Assembly (NCBI GenBank): GCA_001179505.1 | Contig: CDMY01000605.1 | Coordinates: 1-43,921 of the forward strand | DNA length: 43,921 nt | From: Vitrella brassicaformis CCMP3155 | Taxonomy: Eukaryota; Protista; Chromerida | Direction of reading: 5' to 3' | Shown here: positions 21,821 to 31,853 of the stretch, piece after piece | How positions within the stretch are numbered: position 1 is the stretch's first letter | How the letters are laid out: every line of letters begins with the position of its first letter | Made by a program: the position numbers and the translations under genes | The notes under the pieces: generated by a model | Told to the model about the DNA's origin: nothing | The model's input: the letters and a program-made list of their open reading frames with translations, nothing else | Databases searched by the model: none

Positions 21821-24763
21821 ATGAGCACGATTGTCTCTCAGCCACGCATCAGGAAGGCCAGGCCCGCCGCGGTCCCCTTCTGCCTCCCATTCCCCTTCCC
21901 ACTCTGCAAAGTCCGCAACAACAATGGCCGCACACACGTCACTGGAGCGGCGATTGAGGACGAGAACGATGACGCGCGGCCAGTCGAGTTCCCCCCGGCC
22001 ACTCAGAGCAATCCCTCGCCTGATGGAAATGCTCGTGGTGATGCCCATGCCAGTGCTACGCCAGTGGCAGTGGCCCTGCCGCCCCCCGAGCAGCCCGCTG
22101 ACCATGATTTCGACCTCGCGACCGCTCTGGCGCCGACCACGCCCCCTCTCTCGCCATTCGTCGCGCCATGTGACGGTCCGCACGCCCACACGCATCTCGC
22201 CGGAGTGCCGCAGATTCAGATGCTGTCGGGACACAGCGGCCGGACCATCCCTATCAACCTCGACGAGAACGCCATGCTGACCGGCAAGCAGTACCATCAC
22301 CGGCGCGAGCCAAGTGGGGAGGGTTTTGTCGATGGGATGCACCCAGACTTCTCTGTGAGCCTGATGGACGACCGGCATTCGCATGGGCATTCTCATGGCC
22401 ATAGGCGGGAGAGGGAACCGGACAAGCCGCCTGGCAGCGCACCACTGGCGGCTTCCCAGGTGGACTGGCTGACCCCGCCCCCCCAGCAGAAGCCGCTCGA
22501 CCAGGCCGCCGCATCTGGTTCCGCCCCCGTGTCGCCCTTCCTCTCCCCCTCCCTCCCCCCACTCCCGTCGGCCCCCGGCAGTGGAGCAGAGATGCCTGGA
22601 GCCGACTCGCTGCCCGACCTGATTCAGCTGCAAGACAATGACGACAGGACCCCGGTGAACAAGCCGGGTGCGAGCCAGGTTGACCGCCAGGGCGCGGAGA
22701 AGCGGGATGGGCTGGGGGGTGTGGGTGTGGGTGGCCGGTCGTTCGGTGAGGAGAGCTCTTACCGCGCCCCGCCGACCCCTGTGCTGGGCCCCTCCCCTCC
22801 CTCTATAGCTGCTGTTGCCCGCCCCGCCCACCATATGGTCGTCGCCCAGATGCCCTACCTGCCCCACCATCACGCCTACCACCACCACCACGCGCACATC
22901 GCAGCGGTAGCGGCCCCGCCCCCACACCCCCACTCCCCCGCCTATGGCTACCACCAGATGTCCCCTCCCCGCGCCCACAATGCCGTCGCGCATGTGCACG
23001 CGCCAGTCGTTCATGTAGCGGCAGCAGCATCACCGGCAGCGGCAGCGGCAGCGGCGGTGCATTCGCCGGCCGTCCATGCACACCCGCACCCACACGCACA
23101 CGCGATTGTACACGGCGGTCAGCAGCATCAGCAGCACCAGCAGCATGCACATGCCCACGGCCATGGCCATGGCCATGGGCAAGGTCATGGGCATATGGCG
23201 GCTGCATCGGCAGCTGCAGCAGCGGCTGCTGCTGATGGTGGGGCTGGAGGTGGTGGTGGTGTTGTAGAGGGTTCTGGTTCTGGCAGAGGTATGCGTGTGA
23301 AGGTGCCTGAGGAGCTGGAGGTGGCCAGGAGCGACCTCATCTTCGAGAAACTCATTGGCAGCGGCGCTACCGCACAGGTACACTCATGAAGAATCGATGC
23401 TTGCACCGAACAGGCACACACCCTGTATGACCTTTCTTTCCTTTGTGTGGTGGATGGTGGATGTGTCAGGTGTGGCGCGGCACGTTGCGCGGTACGGATG
23501 TGGCGGTCAAGCAGCTGTCGGACGGGTTCATCCTGCCCGACGGCAGTGAGGACGAGACGGCCCGCGACAACTTCACCAGGGAGATGGAGGTCATGCTCAA
23601 GATACGACACCCAAACCTGGTGGGTATCCTTCCACACACACACACACACACACGCAACACGACAGAGGGAGAGGGAGAGGGAGAGGGAGAGAGACAGCCG
23701 GTGTGTGATGCGTTGATGAGTACAGGTGCTGTTTATGGGCGCGACGACGGCGTCTCGGCCTCTGTGTGTCATTACCGAGTTCTGTAGAGGAGGTACATAG
23801 CGGAGGGAGAGGGAGAGAGACGGAGAGAGACGAATGTCGTTCATATGCCGTCTTGTGTGTGATCGGTTTGCTGCGTGCAGGCAATTTGTTTGAGTTGCTT
23901 CACCAACACCGGCACATAGTCCTGTCGTGGCCGCAGCGGCTCAAGATCGCAATGGACATAGCCAAGGCCATGATGTTCCTGCACACACACAAACCGCCCA
24001 TCATACACAGAGACCTCAAAAGGTAGGTACACACACAGGAAAACACGCCGAGATGCGAGTGTGCCACTGACGCACTCCCTGCCATGCCCTCCTTGTCGTA
24101 TAAATGCAGCCTGAACGTGCTGTTGGCCGACCCACTCCGATCTCCCTACGACACCCCACAGGCAAAAGTGTCAGGTACGCTGCCCGCTTTCGACCAAACA
24201 GAGGCATCACATGCAGTCTCGTTGTTTCTGCGGTCGATCAGACTTCGGTATGAGTACGTTGAAGCGTCTGCAGGGCGGCGGCGAGCGTCGGATGACCGGC
24301 TGGGCGGGGACGGTCAGCTGGATGGCGCCCGAGGTCCTCGCAGGCATGCCGCACTATGACGAAAAAGTCGGTGAACACAGAAGGGGCGTTCATGCATGTC
24401 TGGAGGAGTGTCTGTCTCAATGGGTGTCTGTCTGTGTGTAGGTTGATGTGTACTCATTCGGTGTGTGTCTGTATGAGCTCGCCACGCGCACGCCGCCTTT
24501 CCAAGAGTACGAGCACCTCAACCCCGTATCTGTTGGTGAGAACACCTCCCTGCCCCACAACACACAACACGCCACCTGTGTGTGTGTGTGTGTCTGTAGG
24601 TATGATGATCTGCAACAACGGTGTGCGCCCCAACCTCGGTTTAATTCCGCCTGACATGCCCCCGCAGCTCGACTTCCTGATGAAGAGCTGCTGGCAGCAC
24701 CAGCCGCAGCTCAGACCCGACTTCGGACAGATCATCGCCATTCTCAAACGACTCGGCGCTTAA
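21821..24763 (+). CDS. TKL-group (Raf/MAP3K-like) protein kinase with a long disordered His/Ala/Pro-rich N-terminus
   Basis: Spliced kinase motifs are all intact: IGSGATAQ|VW, VAVK, FTREMEVM, LFMG, HRDLKS|LNVLL, |DFGMS, AGTVSWMAPE, DVYSFG, CWQHQPQLRPDF. TAA at 24761-24763. Confidence 0.95.
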
Positions 24764-25800
24764 GTAGAGGGAGGGGGGAGGGGGGGAGGGGAGGGTGTTT
24801 GTTTGTTTGTTTGGCGTCACGATACTAATTTGTCAAGAGCTGAAAAGACAATGAGCCGGTCGGTGGGCAGACAATGAATGGGTGGGTGGATGGTGGGTGG
24901 TGCATTCATTGACCATGCAGGCAGTGAGTGTTGCGCATGATGTACGAACGCATGTATGTTATCTGAGTAGAGAGGGAAAAGGCAAGAAGGGAGGGACGGA
25001 TCGATGGGTGCAGTGGGTGAGACGGCTACATTGGTTTTGGTTGGTTGGTTGGTTGGTTGTTTGGATGGTTGGTATGGCTGTCAGAGGTTGCTCTGACTGA
25101 CGGCGATGTGTGAGTGTGGGGAAGGAGGGGCGGACAAATTTATGAGTTGTCGCTGTGCATATGCATTCCATATGTCTGCCTGCCAACGTACAGTACGGCC
25201 ATGCATGGATGGGACTCAATTGATCGCCTTCAATGCCATTCTGCATGTATGCCCACTCACTCGCAAAAGCGTCCGATTCTCGACGTGCAATGCAATACGG
25301 TAGTAAGGACCGAGATAGTCAAGGCCTTCTTGGTCAAGCTGTCACCACCCCACCAAGACACCCATTCTTTCAAGGGCTAGGACTTGTGCTTGAACCACCG
25401 ACACCTCCAACAGGATGACCAATATGTGTACCGACCTGACCTAGTAGCAAAGTTGACCCCTTCTCCCTCGCCCCCCACACACTCTCACACAGACTGATTG
25501 AGACACAGACCTCCCGATTGACTTACAGCACAGACAAACGTTCACAGACAGAGACAGACAAGACAGCCAGACGGACATCCGCGCGTGTATACCACGGGAC
25601 ACTAGGAGCAACAGATGGCCACCTTCCCTTCCTCCCTCCTTCCCTCCCTCCCTCCCTTCCTCCCTCCCTCCCTCTGCAATCTTGATCCAACCGCTGACCA
25701 GAAGAGAATATAACACAGATGCACAAGATGTGCATCGCTCGATCTCGTTGGCGAACTCCAGGAGTCCTTTCTTTCTCTGTCCGTCGCGTCCGGAGATGAG

Positions 25801-28800
25801 TTACAGTTCGAGAATGTCTGCAGGCGATAGCCGACCATCGGAGGGAGAATTCGGTGCCGATGGCGACAGCGGCTTTCTCGGCAATGTGATCGTGTCTGCA
25901 ATAGACAATCGACCCATTTCATTTCATTGCGTGTGTGTGTGTGTCTGCCTTCTCGTACTCGCGTCCTGGGGTGCCGTAGGAGGGGGATTTGGTGTGACTG
26001 GTCGGGATGCGCCTGTCAGGGCGACGAGAACCTATAGCAAATGACACAAATGCGACATAGGTGACAAAGGCCGACATCTTTCCTGCGCATCAAGTGTCAA
26101 CCTGCTGGGCCGTCGGTCGCCTGTTGGGGTCTTTCTCGAAGCACATCTGAGGCACGAGCACATTTCGATCAGCGCAGGAGTCTTCTTGAGGCCTCTGCAA
26201 GTACCAGAATGATCTGTCGCACGTGTGGAGGGAACAGCTTGCCAGTGGGAACCTCAGGCTGTCACATGCAAGAGAAACGCTGATCGAATATGTACATGGG
26301 TACATGCATACCTTGACTCCTTGACCATGCAATCTCATCGCCTCCGTATGAGCTGCCTCCGGACTCAGCGACCCCAACTCAGCAAACGGCCTCTTTCCTG
26401 TAGAACGAAGGCGCGAAAGGACGCGGTGAGCAGCAAGACAGCAGCTTACCGCCAAGTATCTCCACCAAAACGCATGCCAGCGCCCATATGTCGGCTGCAA
26501 ATGATATTGGGTTGTCTGCAAAGGCCGATCAGAAAGAATACGAGGACAAATGGTCAGGTACGGCGCCTCACTCCTGTCATAGGTCTCGGGTGCCATGAAG
26601 CCATGTCTTCCTAGGCCTGTGAAAGCACACATAGATTTGTTTCTATGTGCCCGCAATATCTCTCCTGCTCTCACCGTGAGTGACCGATTTGCTCGTGCTC
26701 AGCAGGATTCTCGCGAGGCCAAAGTTGGTGATCTGAGAGTAACTTGTAAAGATTGCTAGTACCGGGGCCTGTCTGTTCACTTTACCTTGATGCTACCTCC
26801 GGCATCGACCTGAGTAAAGAGACAGCAGGACCGAGTGGTGGCCAAAGCTCACGGCTGAAGACAAGTCGCGTGGCTTACGAGTATGTTGCTTGGTTTGAGG
26901 TCGCGATGGATGACCTTGTGTGCGTGAAGGGCAACAATGCCCTCGCAAATCTGACCACAGACAGGGCGCCGAGACTCCTTGCACTGTAATCTCAACTGAG
27001 TATGATTGTGCCGTTGCGATATACCTGCACGGCCAGTTTCTGGCGGATGCTGTCGTCAAGACGCCCGTCTTTAGCCAGCCGTTCGATGTACTTGTGCACG
27101 GGGCCACCGGTACACAGCTCTGACAGATACAAGGGCAGAGAGAAAGGGGCATTACCGAACCTGCGCATTTCTACAGTGCGTACCTGTGACGATTATTGGC
27201 TTCCCGTCCTGCTCAGCCAGCCCATGGAGCTTGATCAAACGAGGATGCTTGGCGCGGAGAACGTGACTGAGTAGCAAAACTTCCTTCTGCGCTTCCTTCA
27301 TCGATGATTCGTCTGCACATACGACCCATTGTGCACGCTGTGTGAGTTCTCGCCCCACAGGTCCTCCACAAGCACTCACCAGCATCTTGGCTGCCACAGA
27401 CAAGCCCTTAGGTTTCCACCTGGCCTTAAACACAGTCCCTCTTCCACCCGAGCCTGTTTGACCAGAGACATACACGAAGCCATCTGTCAAGTACGCCACC
27501 GACTCCTGCGTCGCATACCGAGAACACCGCCAAACCCGGACACTTCGAGCTCATCTGCCTTGATGTAGTTTAAGACCTGGTCATCCATACTGAAACTAGT
27601 CGTCGCGCCTACACCACATATCCCACAACACATTCACACGACACGCAACATGAGCACAAGCACACCGCCTCCTCCCTCGTCTGTGTGTGTTTTGTCGACA
27701 TGTTCGTACCTTTCGCAGCGGCGCCAGTGGGCGACAGGATGCTCCTGGCTAGCTTGCTCCTGGCCAAGTTGATCCTCTGCTCCTCGATGCGCTCCTGCTC
27801 TGCACTGAGGACCTTGATACGATACATGTCGTTCTGCCGCTGGTCGCCGTCGAAGCCGCCGAGGATGTGCATGTACCCCCGGTGCATGACGGCCCGGTGC
27901 CACGTGCGGCCAGACGGCACGTCGCCGTGCGTCTCCAACTGCGTCCAGGTGCGCGCCTGGCAGTCGAACACGTGGATATCTGTGTGGAGCAGGTAGGTAG
28001 AGAGGGAAAGAAGACACAACAAAGCAACATGTGTTGTGTGGTGTGGTGTGGTGTGCGTGTTTGCATGTGTGGTGTTTGGCTGGGTTCGTGCCGGCGTATC
28101 GCGTATGTGTCTCGTCGACGCCGCCGAAGACGAACATCTTGGTCCCACCGATCACAGCAGAATGCCTGCACGGCACACATGCGCACCACACACAGATACA
28201 CGATGGTTTCTGGGGTATGTTGTGGTGTGGTGTGGTGGGTGGGTGGGTGGGTGGGTGCCTGTATCTGGATTTGGGTGCGCTTCCCCTGGGCTCCACCTTG
28301 ATCCACTCGTTGGTGCCAAACACATACTCATACAAATCCGATAACGTGTTCTGCCCGTTCCAACCGCCAAATACATACCTGCACACACACCCATCACACA
28401 CACACACATACGAACAAATACAATGGCACACCACTCTTTCCACCCACCCACCCCCGCCCACACACACACACACACACACACACACTACTAAGCTTACATG
28501 CCATTCTCGTAGACGACGGCCGTGTGCCCGAATCGGTTTTCAGGCGGGTTCTGCGCTGACCCGTTCGCCAGCCACCTCTTGCTCTCGCCCGCTAGGCTCA
28601 GCACACCCACATCGTTCAACCGGTTGGAGCCATCAAACCCACCGAAGATGTAGGCAGTGGTGCCGTAGAGCACCATGCTGTGGTCACTGCGGTGGGCGGG
28701 CGGCTCCCCGATGGGCTTGATGGGCGCCCATCGGCAGCGGGCGATGTCAAACTCGTGCACGTCGTTGAAGTACTCGCCGCCCTTCCCGGTAAACCCGCCG

Positions 28801-28932
28801 AAGAAGTACAGCTTGCCCTCGTATGCGATGCCCTGACAGTTGGACCGGGCATTGGGCGGGCGGGAGGGGCCGGAGTCGTCCGCCACCAACTGCCACAGAC
28901 TGTTCTCTGCCCAGGTGAAGGAATGGCAACAC

Positions 28933-28989
<57 letters not shown>

Positions 28990-29183
28990 ACGTGAGAGAG
29001 AGAGAGTCATGCTTTCCTCTCAGCGACTTCACCGATATTGAAGGCGTAGAGATCATTTTGGCGTGCCGTCTTGTCGGTGCCGCCGAACAGGTACAAAACG
29101 TCCTCATAGAGGACCACGGCATGCCCCGAGCGGGGCAAGTAGACGTCGCCGCTGGTCTGAATTTGCTCCCACTGGCACTCCAT
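25801..29183 (-). CDS. Kelch-repeat (6 blades, LZTR1-like) + TKL kinase-like domain fusion with DFG->NFG (kinase cassette C)
   Basis: ATG at 29183 (MECQWEQIQ). Six R..H......Y.FGG blades are followed by SPTGAAAK|GATTSFSMDDQVLNYIKADELEVSGFGGVLG|SGGRGTVFKARW, VAAK, HRDLKPSN, ITNFG, MAPE, DIWAL and CFEKDPNRRPT, ending LSPADILEL* (TAA at 25801). One intron (27313-27379) has a phase problem. Confidence 0.85.
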
Positions 29184-29295
29184 CCTCCGCCCGTTGGATG
29201 CCGCCGTTCGTCTATAACGGGCGTGCCAGTAAGTGGAGTGGTGGCGGCTCTCCCCCACAGGCCCCCAACGAGGTTCTGGGGGAGCGGCAAATTAA
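29184..29295. promoter_or_regulatory. Putative bidirectional promoter (112 bp between divergent start codons)
   Basis: The Kelch-kinase ATG (29183, -) and the ankyrin-calpain ATG (29296, +) are head-to-head. Positional inference only; no core motif identified. Confidence 0.45.
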
Positions 29296-31853
29296 ATGAC
29301 CGACAAAGGCGGGAAAGCGGCTGTCGCCGCAGTGCTGGCATTCGTGCTGGAGCTCCACGAGGAGGGAGGCGCACCCCAATCCCTCGCGTCTCAGCTGGTG
29401 GAGAGCCTCGACCAGTCTGAGACGTCCGAGTCAGATCAGCGATTCGCAGCACGAAGGATCTTGGATGAGGCAGCCATGTACGCCGGCAGCACGCACCTCC
29501 CTGAAAACTCATTCGAGCTGCTGTTGTCTGCAGGGGAATCGGAGCGTTTTGCATTGGGCTGTGCGGATGGACAAGGCGGACGTCGTCGCAGCACTTCTGT
29601 CGATTGGGCTGAGTCACCACATCTCAAGACAGGACAATGTGAGCGCTTGTGTCCTCTCAGTGAGTCAGAGGCGTCTTGCAAAGTGTGTGTTGATTGTCAG
29701 GTGCTCAAAACGCCGCTTCATGCAGCGGCCCAGGTCGGCAATGCCGCAGTCACCAAGCTCCTCGTTAGCGCCGCCGATTCGTCCACTTTGGCACTGCAAG
29801 ACAACGTCAGTCAGCCAAATCCTTCATCAGAGCTCACCAAGGGCAATGTCATCGTGTGATGCAGAGAGAGCAGACGGTTCTACACTTGGCTGCTACCATT
29901 GGTCGGCCGGCAATCGTGCCGAGCATTGTTGAGGCTTCGAAGCTGTCGAGAGAGCTCCTCTTGGCCACAAACAGGGTAGGTCACGAAATGTCTATTTGTG
30001 TCTGTTGCATCGTTCTTGTGTGTCAGGATGGCAGCACCGCTCTTCACCTTTCAATCCATGGCGATTTCATTGACATCACTCGGCTTCTGTCGAGACCGGA
30101 CAGCATCAACTATAAGGGCTTTCTCGAGATGACGCCCTTGCAGTATGGAGTGGCTAAGGGCAGATGGATGCATGTCCATGCGATGCTTGATGTCGTCGTG
30201 GCGGCACGGCCGCCATCTCTGGCCTGTCTAGAGAACGCCGACCAGGTGAGAGGCGAAGGTATATCTGCGCTGTGTTGGTTCTGCTTATCCCTTGTTCTCG
30301 CAGCACGGTCGTAATGTATTGGCGATGGCTGCTCACGGCCATGAGGCTGCCGTTGTGGAGCGGATGGCCAAGTTTTGTCGTGAAAACAGGGGCATGCACG
30401 TTATCACAGCGCGAGACAAGGTAGGACCTAGAGGATGAAGGGGGCGACAAATAGAGATGCACTGCCGGCAGGATGACAATTCCTCACTGCACTTTGCTGC
30501 CTCAAATGGGAATGAGGAGATGGTCCGTTTGCTAGCTGCGAAGGACGGCATGAAAAGCCAGAACACCATCAAGGTGGGCACACACTCACCCGGCCACTCT
30601 GCAGATACAGTGATGATGTCTCCTGCAGAAACGCACTCCGCTTCATGAGGGAGCGGCGTTTGGTAATCCCTCAGCTCTTAAAGAAATGCTGAAGCATGCC
30701 GACAAAGAGGCGTTGCTCCTGCGAGACAGCGTAAGGAGACACCCACTTTTGGGAGTGAAAGATGCCTATTCATTGTGTCTCCTTCAGGCTTCGCAGACGG
30801 CTCTGTCTGTGGCTGCCGCATGCGGCAAGAGTGAATGCATACGCCTCCTTGCAAATGCAGCAGCAGCGGAGGGTTGTCCGGAATTGTTGGACATCAAAGA
30901 CAAAGTAAGCGATCAAAGTCATCCACTAATCGAGGAATTCTGCATCCGCTGCGGTCTCAGGACGGCGATTTGCCACTTCATCTCGCTCTTCTTCACGACT
31001 GCATTGATGATGACGTCATCCTTCTTCTCGCCTCTGAAGGCCGAGTGAAGCAACAGCGAAAGGTATTTTGTCTCAGCATGTCTCACAGTGCTGGACATAC
31101 GTGTTTGTGCTATTTGTGTGTGCGCCAGGACGGTCAGACTGCGTTTCACTTGGCTGTGGTGAACGAAGATGTGCTTTTGGTAGAGGAGCTCTTGAAGAGA
31201 TTCAAAGGAGAGGCTCTTTTCATCGCAGATGAGGTACACGACGTAGCAATGATAGTAAAAGCGAAAGAGGATCTTTCAACTTTGTTGTTTTGGCTCAGAG
31301 AGGCCGCACTCCTCTCGATCTGGCATGGACGCGCTTCGACCCTGACATGCTTCGTTTGCTGTCCCCTTGGGCTCATTCTGAGGCGCCTTTGCCGGAAGGG
31401 CCGATTTCCAGCAAGCAGGGCGGCTACGGCACCTACGACTCCGTGGCCATTCCCTTGGGTGAGGGCAACTTTATTCGGAGGATCGGTCGTGCAGCTGGTC
31501 TAGACGACCAGTACGTGAGAAAGATACTCGCGGGGCGTCCTGCGCTGGCAGCCAACGAGGAGACAAGGAGGCGGATCGCCGAGCTGGAAGCTGTTCTTCG
31601 GGCTGCTCCAGTGTCTCCCGTTGAGCAAGAGGGATCGATCACCATTCCCAGTTGGCTTCGCAGGCGGAAAAGCCAACAAGATATTCTGGATGAAGGCAAC
31701 AGCATTGGAGGTCACTCATTCCCTCTTTGGGAGGAGAACGATCCTGACTTGATCGTCCGCAGCCACAGCGATAATGAGGCCTTCGTTGATATCGGGTGGG
31801 ACGGCAATGAAGGAGACTTCTCTCTGTCCAAGACTCAAAGCAGAAAGTTCTAG
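29296..31853 (+). CDS. Ankyrin-repeat array (about 12 repeats), 5' half of an ankyrin-calpain gene, ending at an in-frame TAG
   Basis: Repeats include SVLHWAV, TPLHAAAQVG, TVLHLAATIG, TALHLSIHG, TPLQYGV, SSLHFAASNG, TPLHEGAAFG, TALSVAAACG, LPLHLAL, TAFHLAV and TPLDLA, mostly one per phase-0 exon. The frame stays open to TAG at 31851-31853. Confidence 0.85.

Noticed and set aside
943-23014. Long opposite-strand ORFs (e.g. 943-1605, 2443-2928, 12308-13291, 21764-23014)
   Set aside because: They are antisense shadows of GC-rich coding exons with no independent domain signal.
31851-31853. TAG reassignment, pyrrolysine or selenocysteine recoding
   Set aside because: This is the only in-frame TAG in all modelled exons, it is not TGA, and a separate frameshift follows, so read-through alone would not restore the protein.
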